Assembly (NCBI GenBank): GCA_007376285.1
Contig: VMFZ01000005.1
Location: forward strand, 699 to 64,698
Length of the DNA stretch: 64,000 nucleotides
DNA from: Parcubacteria group bacterium Gr01-1014_17
GTDB lineage: Bacteria > Patescibacteriota > Minisyncoccia > Phycocordibacterales > UBA10002
Reading direction: 5' to 3'
The translations under genes and the position numbers were made by a program. This document shows, one piece after another, positions 56,348 to 64,000 of the stretch (the first letter of the stretch is position 1; each line of letters starts with the position of its first letter). The notes under the pieces were generated by a model that was not told the origin of the DNA, made no database searches, and saw nothing but the letters and a program-made list of their open reading frames with translations.

Positions 56348-58330
56348 CTAAACCGTTTCAACAGTTCTGAGCATTTTGGTGACATTCTGTTTGCTGAGAA
56401 CCCGTGATACCCCGATCGGGTCGTTTCCGTAAAGACGCAGTAGGTCGTTGATCTGCGCTTTTTGGCTTTCGGTATGGAAGAATCGCACCCATATTCCTTC
56501 CTGTATAGCATTACCGCAGTTCGAGAAGTCAAAATGAAAGAAACCCTCCCGTACCGTGTCTGTGTCAAGGAACTCATGTTTTTTCATAATGGAAAAGATT
56601 TCCAGTTCATGAAGGTATAAAAGTTCGTCGTTTACTATCGTTCGCGCGCAAAAGAACGCATATTGCATGATCTCATCCACCGCATCCATAAATGCCATGG
56701 CTTTGAAGCGGTATATCATATTACTCCCATGCTTTCCATTAGCATATTCCGCAATTGCAGCAGTATTCTTTGCCGATTTTTGGAGCGCATCTTCTGACAG
56801 AAACAACTCCTCGATTGTTTCTTTTCGGAAACTATTGAAGATATCTTTCAACTTCGGCGGAAAGTTTTCCCTCCAACCATTGAAGAGGTTCAGAATGAAG
56901 TCCGATGTCTTTACTCCACGCTCATTAAGGAACGAAAAAAGTTCTACCAAAATGCTGTCGTTGTAGAACACTTCTATGGCGAGATGGAAGAGCCGCATTT
57001 CCAAATACTCCTCAAACGAGAGGTCTTTTGTAGAAGTACATATTTCTTCAATTTCCACGCTCACGATAGGTTCTTCATTGCCGAACGGATACACGCCGAA
57101 ACATTGCGACATCACCCGGTATCCTGTTTTCATATCAAACTTCTCCCGTGTTTCCGCCGCGCTCATCTCCACTCCCATAAGCATCATGAGCGGATAATTG
57201 CGGATGAACTGAAATCCCGCGTCCAAAAGGATTCGATTGGTCTCAATATGAGACATGACCGAATCCCCCGGCATCGCGAGAATTGACTCCGAGTATACAT
57301 TACTTCCCAGCTCACGGGCTTTTTGCGCAAGCTCCATAAGTTGGTCAGCTTTGATATTATTCCGTTTTATGTTTTTGAGCACTTCTTCGGAGAGCGATTG
57401 CACTGCGCCAGAAAGCCGAAGCGCCCCATGCACATTTTTTGCAACGCGTAGCACCCGCTCTTTCTGGTTTTTACCGGTGGCGACATGAATGTATTCCGGC
57501 CAGCCGAACTCGTTCTGGATGCGCGCAATTGCATCACCGATTTTCTCATCTTCCGGGTACATCCCGAAGTTTGAATCCACGATGTGCAAATCATGGACCG
57601 TCTTGTGTTTACGCTCCGCAATATAGCGCAGTTCTCGTTCAATTGTTTCGGTTCCGCGCCGATTGACTTTGTTGTAATACAGGAGTCCTTCTACGCAGAA
57701 GGTGCAAGTAAACGGACAGCCGCGATTGCACTGAATCATCGGTACGATGTGTGGTTCAAAAAACTCGTCTAATACTCCCGTCAAATATGGCGAGGGTATT
57801 TCGTCAAGGTTTTTTACCCGTTCCGCCGGCGGAACGATGACCGCTTTCCCTTCTCGGATAAAGTGGCAACCGGGCAACGCGATATTTTTTGCCACTTCAG
57901 CATCCCATCCGTTTTCGGTCAGCGCTTCCAAAAGCGCGGTAAAGCCGACCTCCCCCTCTTTGTAGACATAAAAATCTACGAGAGGATATTTTCGGAGAAA
58001 CTGTTCTTGCTCTGCGGGGTTGGTAGGATAATTCGGTCCGCCGAACACGATGATGGTTTGGGGATTTTTTTGCTTAATCCGTTGCGCAAAACTATACGAC
58101 AGGTCAATGTTCCACATATAGTTGCTGAACGCAACCATAGGCGGAATGTCTTGTAACAGAGCGTCAATCAGTTTGTTCGGATATTTGAAAATCCGAAAAT
58201 TAAACCTATCCTCACCTTTCAGGTGGGATGCGGCGTAGGTAACGAGGCACGCGACTGGGTAGGGCATGCAGTTTAAGGCGATGGTCTTGTAAGTATGTGT
58301 TAAATCACATACGAATATTTGTGTATTCAT
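56348..58330 (-). CDS. B12-binding-domain radical SAM protein (class B radical SAM, candidate methyltransferase), ~661 aa
   Basis: N-terminal B12-binding-like region (IIVFGGPNYP), then the radical SAM CxxxCxxC CNRGCPFTCTFC, and a ~250 aa C-terminal extension. The track ORF extends to 59032 with a low-complexity 234 aa N-terminus overlapping the divergent neuB gene. That extension is judged not to be real, and the start is placed at MNTQIF. Confidence 0.65.
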   Translation of the reverse strand: MNTQIFVCDLTHTYKTIALNCMPYPVACLVTYAASHLKGEDRFNFRIFKYPNKLIDALLQDIPPMVAFSNYMWNIDLSYSFAQRIKQKNPQTIIVFGGPNYPTNPAEQEQFLRKYPLVDFYVYKEGEVGFTALLEALTENGWDAEVAKNIALPGCHFIREGKAVIVPPAERVKNLDEIPSPYLTGVLDEFFEPHIVPMIQCNRGCPFTCTFCVEGLLYYNKVNRRGTETIERELRYIAERKHKTVHDLHIVDSNFGMYPEDEKIGDAIARIQNEFGWPEYIHVATGKNQKERVLRVAKNVHGALRLSGAVQSLSEEVLKNIKRNNIKADQLMELAQKARELGSNVYSESILAMPGDSVMSHIETNRILLDAGFQFIRNYPLMMLMGVEMSAAETREKFDMKTGYRVMSQCFGVYPFGNEEPIVSVEIEEICTSTKDLSFEEYLEMRLFHLAIEVFYNDSILVELFSFLNERGVKTSDFILNLFNGWRENFPPKLKDIFNSFRKETIEELFLSEDALQKSAKNTAAIAEYANGKHGSNMIYRFKAMAFMDAVDEIMQYAFFCARTIVNDELLYLHELEIFSIMKKHEFLDTDTVREGFFHFDFSNCGNAIQEGIWVRFFHTESQKAQINDLLRLYGNDPIGVSRVLSKQNVTKMLRTVETV

Positions 58331-58429
58331 GCGGTTGGTCTTTCTGTTTGAGGTTTTTTGTAAAGGTTCTTTTCCGGTAGTATTCTCACATAACTTTTCT
58401 TGTTTCGCAAGTGTTCTATAATTCACCAT
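58331..58429. promoter_or_regulatory. Divergent promoter region between the class B radical SAM gene (-) and the NeuB-family gene (+)
   Basis: ~100 bp AT-rich spacer between divergent ATGs. No motif verified. Confidence 0.3.
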
Positions 58430-59443
58430 ATGAATAAGAATTCTGTATTTATAATTTGCGAGGCAGGCGTAACAAATTACGGCGATTTTAACATCGCAAA
58501 AAAGCAAATTGATGCCGCGGTTGCCGCACAGGCGGATGCGGTAAAGTTTCAACTCTGGCGCACCGAAGATTTGGTGTCCAAAAAAGTCGCCAAGAAATAC
58601 CAGAAAGAATTGGGTTACGACTGGTTCGCGCGGCTCAAATATAAAGAGCTTGCGCCTCGAGAAATAAAAGCATTGCAGGCATATGCAAAAGAGAAACATA
58701 TTTTGTTTTTTGCGACGGCACATGATGTGGCAAGTTTGGAATATTTGGACAAAGAATTGCATGTGCCGTTTTTCAAAGTCGGTTCCGGTGAAGCTGGAAA
58801 TATTGATTTTCTCAAAAATGTCGGTAAGCGCAGAAAACCTGTTTTTATTTCCTTTGGTTTTCACACGGATGCGGAAGCGCGCAAAGCGATGCGCGTACTG
58901 AAAAAGTCCGGCGCGCCGAGAGTTATTCCGCTCCATTGCGTTACGGTGTATCCGACTCCGTTTAACCAAGTTAATCTTCTTCGTATTGGTTGGTTTCGCC
59001 GCGCGTTCGGCATTGCTGGTTTTTCCGACCATAGCGTCGGCCGCGCTGCGTGCCTCGCGGCGGTTGCGCGCGGCGCGTCAGTGATTGAAAAACATTTGAC
59101 TTTTGACAAAAAGGACCCGCGTTCGCTGGACAATCCAGGCGCGCTTTTGCCGGATGAATTTGTCGCGCTGGTGCGCGAGGTTCGAGACATTGAAAGTGCA
59201 TTGCGTGTTCCTTCTTCTGTCGCCCTTCAAAAAGCGCGCGCAAAAGCGCGCGCGTGGGCCGAGCAGGCGATTGTTGCGGCGCGAGACATTGCGGCTGGAG
59301 AAAAAGTCACTCGCGCGATGCTTGCGTTCAAACGGCCTGCGAAAGGCGGTGTTTCGTCAAACGAAATTGGCACCGTACTAGGAAAAAACGCAAGAGTTGC
59401 GATACCTGCAGATGAACAGGTACTTCTGAAAGATCTATCATAA
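58430..59443 (+). CDS. neuB: N-acylneuraminate (nonulosonic acid) synthase, NeuB family with C-terminal SAF domain
   Basis: FIICEAGVTNYGD...AVKFQ...FKVGSGE NeuB motifs and a C-terminal SAF/antifreeze-like domain. Substrate specificity (Neu5Ac, Leg, Pse or Kdn) cannot be read from the sequence. Confidence 0.7.
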   Translation: MNKNSVFIICEAGVTNYGDFNIAKKQIDAAVAAQADAVKFQLWRTEDLVSKKVAKKYQKELGYDWFARLKYKELAPREIKALQAYAKEKHILFFATAHDVASLEYLDKELHVPFFKVGSGEAGNIDFLKNVGKRRKPVFISFGFHTDAEARKAMRVLKKSGAPRVIPLHCVTVYPTPFNQVNLLRIGWFRRAFGIAGFSDHSVGRAACLAAVARGASVIEKHLTFDKKDPRSLDNPGALLPDEFVALVREVRDIESALRVPSSVALQKARAKARAWAEQAIVAARDIAAGEKVTRAMLAFKRPAKGGVSSNEIGTVLGKNARVAIPADEQVLLKDLS

Positions 59444-59486
59444 CATTTGACTTTTTGACGGCGTTGCAGTAAAAGTAACTTCTCTT

Positions 59487-61025
59487 ATGCACACGCCGGA
59501 CACTTCCAAATTTAATTTTGACGGGCTTTTTACTCTTGAGATGGCGAACAACCATCAAGGGTCTTTAGAGCATGGCAAGCGCATTATCCGCGAAGCGGCA
59601 GCGGCGGTCAAAGAATCTGGTGTTCGCGCCGCGGTAAAACTCCAACTCCGCGACCTTGACTCATTCATTCACCCTGCATTCCGCGAGCGAAAAGATGTAA
59701 AACATATTCCGCGTTTTCTTTCCGCCCGCCTCGGGCGGGATGAGTTCCGCGAACTCGTAGAAGAAACGCGCCGGCATGGGCTCTATACTATGGCGACCCC
59801 GTTTGACGAGCCATCTGTGGATTTTCTAAATTCGCTCGGTGTGGAGATTGTAAAAGTCGCGAGTTGCAGCGCGCAGGATTGGCCGCTTTTGGAAAAGATT
59901 GCTGGGGCAGGGAAGCCGGTCATTGTGTCTGTCGGCGGGCTGTCGGTAAAAGAGGTGGATAAAGTGGTTTCGTTTTTTGAGCATCGCGGCGTGCACTTTG
60001 CATTGATGCATTGCGTGGCGCTCTACCCAACACCTTCGGACAAATTCTCGCTTGGCTATCTTGACGCAATGAAGAGCCGTTACCCGCATTTGACTATCGG
60101 GTTTTCAACGCATGAAGCGCCGTCCGACACTTCTACTATTGGGCTTGCGTACGCAAAGGGCGCACGAATTTTTGAGAAACACATAGGCGTGCCGACCGAT
60201 ACGATTACGCTCAATGCGTACTCCGCAAATCCGCAGGAACTGCGTTTGTGGTTCGCGGCGTATCAGAATGCAGCCACTGCGTGCGGCGGAAGCGGGCGTC
60301 CTGTTACAGAAGCAGAGCGCGCTGATTTACAGTCGTTGAAGCGTTGCGTGTTTGCGAAAGTGCCTATTCGTGCAGGAGAGAAGATTTCGCGCGAGCATGT
60401 GTTTTTTGCTATGCCGCTTGTTTTACCCGAACATTTAACGAGCGGCGAGTTTCGCGTCGGTGCTGTTGCCGACCGCGACTATGCGGAAGGTGAGGCGCTT
60501 TCTGGCAAACTCGCACCGCGCGGTTTTTCAAAACAGGAAACCATTTCCGAAGCTGTGCGCGAAGCAAAGGGAATGCTTAATTTTGCGAAGATTCCACTCT
60601 CGCACGATTTTACCGTTGAAGTGTCACATCATTACGGCTTGGAGCGGTTTAAGGAAGTCGGTTGCATTATTATTGATTGCATAAACCGCGAATATGCGCG
60701 CAAGCTTGTGGTGCAATTTCCGGGACAGTACCATCCGGTGCATTACCACAAAGTGAAAGATGAAAGCTTTCATGTGCTCTCAGGTACTGTGGAGATGGAC
60801 GTGGAAGGGAAGAAGAAGGTGCTTATGCCCGGCGACACTTTGTGGATGCCGCGCGGCGTGTGGCACGGATTTCGCACTGATACAGGCGTCGTGTTTGAAG
60901 AGATATCAACAACTTCACTGGAAACGCAGGGCGATTCGTACTACATAGATAAGAGCATTTCCGCTATGCCGCGCGAAGCGCGCAAAACCAAGCTCTTGAA
61001 CTGGGGGCGGCATCAGTTTGACTAA
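59487..61025 (+). CDS. Second NeuB-family synthase with an extra C-terminal cupin domain (512 aa)
   Basis: FTLEMANNHQGSLEHG...VKLQ...VKVASCS NeuB core and a SAF domain. A ~100 aa C-terminal cupin follows (QYHPVHYHKVKDESFHVLSGTVEM...WMPRGVWHGF). Confidence 0.6.
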   Translation: MHTPDTSKFNFDGLFTLEMANNHQGSLEHGKRIIREAAAAVKESGVRAAVKLQLRDLDSFIHPAFRERKDVKHIPRFLSARLGRDEFRELVEETRRHGLYTMATPFDEPSVDFLNSLGVEIVKVASCSAQDWPLLEKIAGAGKPVIVSVGGLSVKEVDKVVSFFEHRGVHFALMHCVALYPTPSDKFSLGYLDAMKSRYPHLTIGFSTHEAPSDTSTIGLAYAKGARIFEKHIGVPTDTITLNAYSANPQELRLWFAAYQNAATACGGSGRPVTEAERADLQSLKRCVFAKVPIRAGEKISREHVFFAMPLVLPEHLTSGEFRVGAVADRDYAEGEALSGKLAPRGFSKQETISEAVREAKGMLNFAKIPLSHDFTVEVSHHYGLERFKEVGCIIIDCINREYARKLVVQFPGQYHPVHYHKVKDESFHVLSGTVEMDVEGKKKVLMPGDTLWMPRGVWHGFRTDTGVVFEEISTTSLETQGDSYYIDKSISAMPREARKTKLLNWGRHQFD

Positions 61026-61063
61026 AGAAAGGAATGGTGCTAGTATTCTGTTTGGAAAAATGA

Positions 61064-61150
61064 AACATCCCCCCAACCCCCCTTGAAAGGGGGAGCCTCA
61101 GAAAATCCTCCCTTGAGGGAGGTGTCTCCCGTAGGGAGACGGAGGATGTT
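61064..61150 (+). repeat. 87 bp structured repeat element, copy 1 (terminal inverted repeats AACATCC/GGATGTT, three internal hairpins)
   Basis: AACATCCCCCCAACCCCCCTTGAAAGGGGGAGCCTCAGAAAATCCTCCCTTGAGGGAGGTGTCTCCCGTAGGGAGACGGAGGATGTT. Hairpins: CCCCCC/GGGGG, CCTCCC-TTGA-GGGAGG and GTCTCCC-GTA-GGGAGAC. Confidence 0.6.
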
Positions 61151-61174
61151 GTCTTAAAAACAAAAGGAAAACAA

Positions 61175-61831
61175 ATGCACAAAAAATTAGTAGTGGTCTT
61201 TGATTTTGACGGCGTACTCACGGTTGGCGGCGAAGGGTTGAAGCAAAAAGCGTGGGACATTCTTGCGTTGCCGCTTCATCAAGAAAATGCAAATTTGCTC
61301 TATAAAAAGCGAGAGGAATTCTCTGGCGGCAAGGGCTCTCGGAACGATATTCTCCGTGAGACATTCGCAGAGTTCTATCCCCCATACAATGTGGGTCTTC
61401 TCACCGCCGGTTACGCCGACTGTTACAACACAATTGTGCATAAACTGTTGGAGCAATCCGGAATGCCAGAGGGGACGGAACAGACGCTTGCGACTCTCGC
61501 GAAGTTTTGCACTCTGTTTGTGAATTCTGCGACGCCGGAAAAAGCGGTACGGGAATCGGTGCAGAACTTCAACATTGTGCAACACTTCCGCGGCATCTTC
61601 GGCCAGCCGATTTCCAAAGTGGACAATCTTGCTCGTGCCCAGCATCTGACACAAGTTGACAGAGAGTTTATACTCTTTGTAGGCGACAGCGATGGAGATG
61701 CCAAAGCCGCAAAAGAGTTTGGGTGCGATTTCGTGGGGGTCGCAAATGATTGGAACAAGTGGACAAAGGAGACCGTCAAGTTTCCGCTTGTTGGTTCCAT
61801 AGCCGAACTTCCGAAATTGCTGGAAACATAA
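61175..61831 (+). CDS. HAD-superfamily hydrolase (candidate sugar-phosphate phosphatase, e.g. nonulosonate-9-P phosphatase)
   Basis: VVVFDFDGVLT motif I and FVGDSDGD motif IV. Flanked on both sides by the 87 bp element. Confidence 0.6.
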   Translation: MHKKLVVVFDFDGVLTVGGEGLKQKAWDILALPLHQENANLLYKKREEFSGGKGSRNDILRETFAEFYPPYNVGLLTAGYADCYNTIVHKLLEQSGMPEGTEQTLATLAKFCTLFVNSATPEKAVRESVQNFNIVQHFRGIFGQPISKVDNLARAQHLTQVDREFILFVGDSDGDAKAAKEFGCDFVGVANDWNKWTKETVKFPLVGSIAELPKLLET

Positions 61832-61918
61832 AACATCCCCCCAACCCCCCTTCAAAGGGGGAGCTTCTGAAAATCCTCCCTTGAGGGAGGTGTCTCCCGT
61901 AGGGAGACGGAGGATGTT
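61832..61918 (+). repeat. 87 bp structured repeat element, copy 2 (3 substitutions relative to copy 1, all in a hairpin loop or the first linker)
   Basis: Same sequence as copy 1 except TTCAAA for TTGAAA and GCTTCTG for GCCTCAG. Begins directly after the HAD stop codon. Confidence 0.6.
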
Positions 61919-61920
61919 CA

Positions 61921-61960
61921 TAACACCCGATGAAAATCGGGTGTTTTCTTTTGTTTCTTT
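61921..61960 (+). terminator. Rho-independent terminator (ACACCCGAT-GAAA-ATCGGGTGT followed by a T-rich tract)
   Basis: Hairpin with a T-tract immediately after repeat copy 2. Same CACCCGAT stem family as the other palindromes. Confidence 0.6.
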
Positions 61961-61989
61961 TTTCCTCCCTCTGTGGTTATATAATTCGT

Positions 61990-62712
61990 ATGAAGATTTA
62001 CGCCATTATTCCTGCGCGGGGCGGCTCAAAAGGCGTGCCTGGGAAAAATGTGAAGGACTTATGCGGCAAGCCGCTTATTGCGTGGACAATTGAAGCCGCG
62101 AAAAAAGTTCCGGAGATTTCTCGTGTCATTGTGAATACCGATGACGTAGATATTGCGGAGGCGGCAAAAAAGTATGGCGCGGAAGTCTTTCACCGACCGA
62201 AGAAATTGGCGCAAGACCTCACACTGGATTTGCCGGTTTTTGAACATCATTTGCGCGCGCTTGAAGCGGATGGGGACTTGCCAGACATAGTTGTTGACAT
62301 TCGCGCGACTGCGCCGCTTCGGCGCAGTGCGCGAATTGCGGAGGGGATTGCTCTTCTGAAACGGCTCGGGCGCGCCCGCGCGGACTCTGTTCGCGCGGTG
62401 TCAAAAGCAAGCAAGCATCCGTACAAAATGTGGCGGTTTCAAGGAGAACACATTGAGCCGTTTTTACCGGAAGCGCATACGGGAATGAAAGAGCCATACA
62501 ACGCGCCGCGCCAGATTTTGCCGGATGTGTTTCAAAACAATGGTTGTGTTAACATATTTTGGCCCGAGACGATTTTGGAGAAAAAATCAATGACTGGAGA
62601 AAAAATTGCCGGGTTTGTGATGGATGAGTGGGAGTCGGTGAATATCGACCACCCGATTGATTTTTTTGTAGCGGAACATTTAATGCGCGCACATCGCGAA
62701 AAATTCTTATGA
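61990..62712 (+). CDS. Second acylneuraminate cytidylyltransferase-family protein (CMP-sugar synthetase)
   Basis: MKIYAIIPARGGSKGVPGKN N-terminal signature. The track start at 61930 lies in the terminator, so ATG 61990 is preferred. Confidence 0.7.
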   Translation: MKIYAIIPARGGSKGVPGKNVKDLCGKPLIAWTIEAAKKVPEISRVIVNTDDVDIAEAAKKYGAEVFHRPKKLAQDLTLDLPVFEHHLRALEADGDLPDIVVDIRATAPLRRSARIAEGIALLKRLGRARADSVRAVSKASKHPYKMWRFQGEHIEPFLPEAHTGMKEPYNAPRQILPDVFQNNGCVNIFWPETILEKKSMTGEKIAGFVMDEWESVNIDHPIDFFVAEHLMRAHREKFL

Positions 62713-63779
62713 AAGTGAAAATCATAGGAGCGGGGTCAATAGGGAATCACTTGACGCAGGCGTGCCGGCGGATGGGGTGGAGCGTGTGCATTGTAGATGC
62801 AGACCCAAAGGCGCTTCTGCGGATGAAGAATGAGATTTATCCGACTCGCTACGGAGCGTGGGACAGTGCGATTAAACAATATACGCTAGATGAGGCGCCG
62901 AGCGGCGGTTTTGACATTATTATGGTCGGGACGCCGCCGCATGTTCGGATGGCGGTGGCGCTTGAAATGCTTGCAGAAAAGCCGAAAATACTTCAGTTGG
63001 AAAAGCCATTATGCGCGCCGTTTGATAAAAATCTGCGGAAGTTTGTTACGGCGTATAAAAAACAAAAAACTACAAAAGTAATCGTCGGATATGACCATTC
63101 GGTTGCGAAGGCAATGCATCGTGTCGCTGAATTGATTGCAAGCGGCATTACCGGAGAGGTGAAAACAATTGATGTTGAGTTTCGGGAACATTGGGAAGGA
63201 ATCTTCAAGGCGCACCCATGGCTCAAGGGTCCGCAGGATACCTATTTGGGATATTGGAAAAAGGGCGGCGGGGCAAGCGGAGAGAACTCTCACGCGCTTC
63301 ATTTGTGGCAGTATCTGGCGCGTATTTCCGGGTTTGGCGTATGGAAGAAAATGTCGGCGGCGATGAAAATGGAAAAAGATGGAAAAGTAGAATACGATTC
63401 TCTCTCTGCGTTTTTGTTTGAAACAGATACGGGAAAAGTCGGGCGCGTGATTCAAGATGTCGTCACAAAGCCGACGCGCAAGTGGGCGCGGCTTCAGGGT
63501 GTAGATGGTTTTATTGAGTGGATATGCAACGGCGTTCCTGGCGGCGACCTTGTGAGATATGCCGGCGCGGATGGCGTGGTGAAAGAAGAGATATTTGAAA
63601 AGAAACGACCAGATGACTTTTATCAAGAGACGCTCCATATCGCGGGTTTACTGTCCGGCAAAATCCACTTTGCAGATTCACCTCTTTCATTTGAAAGCGC
63701 GCTATCGGTGATGTCGGTTTTGGAGACCGCGTGGAGAAACAACAAAACGCAACTTGCGTATATCCGCAAGGTATGTTAG
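62709..63779 (+). CDS. Gfo/Idh/MocA-like NAD(P)-binding oxidoreductase
   Basis: MKVKIIGAGSIGNHL Rossmann N-terminus and an EKP motif region. Confidence 0.5.
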   Translation: MKVKIIGAGSIGNHLTQACRRMGWSVCIVDADPKALLRMKNEIYPTRYGAWDSAIKQYTLDEAPSGGFDIIMVGTPPHVRMAVALEMLAEKPKILQLEKPLCAPFDKNLRKFVTAYKKQKTTKVIVGYDHSVAKAMHRVAELIASGITGEVKTIDVEFREHWEGIFKAHPWLKGPQDTYLGYWKKGGGASGENSHALHLWQYLARISGFGVWKKMSAAMKMEKDGKVEYDSLSAFLFETDTGKVGRVIQDVVTKPTRKWARLQGVDGFIEWICNGVPGGDLVRYAGADGVVKEEIFEKKRPDDFYQETLHIAGLLSGKIHFADSPLSFESALSVMSVLETAWRNNKTQLAYIRKVC

Positions 63780-63829
63780 TATATTTTCGGAGTTCTAGAA
63801 GGTCTTTCACAATCAAATAGGAGGTCTGA

Positions 63830-64000
63830 ATGCATAAATGGATGAAGTGGACGGTGCTTGAAGCGGCGTCCAAAACGGTAGTGCGTTTGTTGCAGAAAGT
63901 TCTAGGAGACGCAACGACAACACTCGGCGGTGTCAGCGCGGTTATCTTCTTAACCGGTTTTGTACAGCTCGTGATGGGTCTTTTCGGTCTATTGTCCAAG
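63830..64000 (+). CDS. Hypothetical protein, 5' portion only (runs off the window end); possibly membrane-associated
   Basis: AGGAGG RBS 7 bp upstream of the ATG. Hydrophobic stretch VSAVIFLTGFVQLVMGLFGLL. Confidence 0.3.
   Translation, partial: MHKWMKWTVLEAASKTVVRLLQKVLGDATTTLGGVSAVIFLTGFVQLVMGLFGLLSK

Noticed and set aside
58331-59032. 234 aa N-terminal extension of the 894 aa minus-strand ORF (track 56348-59032)
   Set aside because: It is low-complexity and basic (RRAGLFQYAHRFARFRIRVK...) and overlaps the well-supported neuB-like gene on the other strand. The radical SAM protein starts plausibly at MNTQIF (58330).
63009-63999. Minus-strand ORFs of 209 and 162 aa at the window end
   Set aside because: They are antisense to the Gfo/Idh/MocA-like gene (62709-63779) and to the start of the final partial gene. 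The minus-strand ORF that overlaps the AGGAGG/ATG context at 63830 reads against that gene. No domains.
1-64000. Mobile-element genes (transposase, integrase) or phage structural genes that might explain the low-GC island or the repeats
   Set aside because: No ORF with DDE transposase, tyrosine/serine recombinase or phage hallmark motifs was recognised anywhere in the window.

Overview
This 64 kb window is almost entirely one very large, densely packed glycan biosynthesis and glycosylation locus. It is probably from an uncultivated bacterium, but taxonomy cannot be called from the sequence alone. There are about 60 genes, many overlapping by 4-30 bp, and no rRNA, tRNA, CRISPR array or transposase was seen.

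Recognisable modules:
- Two membrane GT-C glycosyltransferases, each paired with a GtrB/Dpm1-like polyprenyl-phosphate sugar synthase. One GT-C carries an N-terminal GtrA domain.
- A non-canonical nucleotide-heptose module: an RpiB-like isomerase fused to an RfaE-II-like heptose-1-P adenylyltransferase, a PfkB heptose-7-P kinase, and a PMI-type double cupin fused to a HAD phosphatase. No SIS-type GmhA is present.
- A second, HddA/HddC-type (GHMP kinase plus nucleotidyltransferase) GDP-heptose route.
- Two GT9 heptosyltransferase homologues.
- An AraD-like class II aldolase/epimerase and a transaldolase, consistent with local supply of sedoheptulose-7-P.
- UDP-sulfoquinovose synthase (SqdB/Agl3-like).
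- A nonulosonic-acid block: a UDP-GlcNAc 2-epimerase, two NeuB-family synthases (one fused to a C-terminal cupin), two CMP-sugar synthetases (NeuA family) and a HAD phosphatase.
- An O-carbamoyltransferase and at least eight methyltransferases (TylF-type O-MT, two FkbM, a TylCIII/TcaB9-type C-MT, several class I).
- Two radical SAM enzymes, one SPASM-type and one B12-binding class B.
- A pyruvate-dehydrogenase-like E1 alpha/beta pair with no E2/E3 partners.
- Five divergent paralogs of a ~450 aa TagF-like GT-B family.
- An MsbA-like ABC exporter.
- A 633 aa cell-surface protein with a peptidoglycan-binding domain and a ~70 aa Thr/Ser-rich linker, a plausible glycosylation target.

Non-genic signals: a family of CACCCGATG...CATCGGGTG palindromes serves as rho-independent terminators and also sits in-frame (33 and 39 bp) inside two GT4 coding sequences. 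Two near-identical 87 bp three-hairpin elements with terminal inverted repeats flank a HAD gene. A low-GC ~2 kb island (36.0-38.0 kb) carries three orphan ORFs.

Coordinates derived by hand rather than taken from the ORF track may be off by 1-2 bp.
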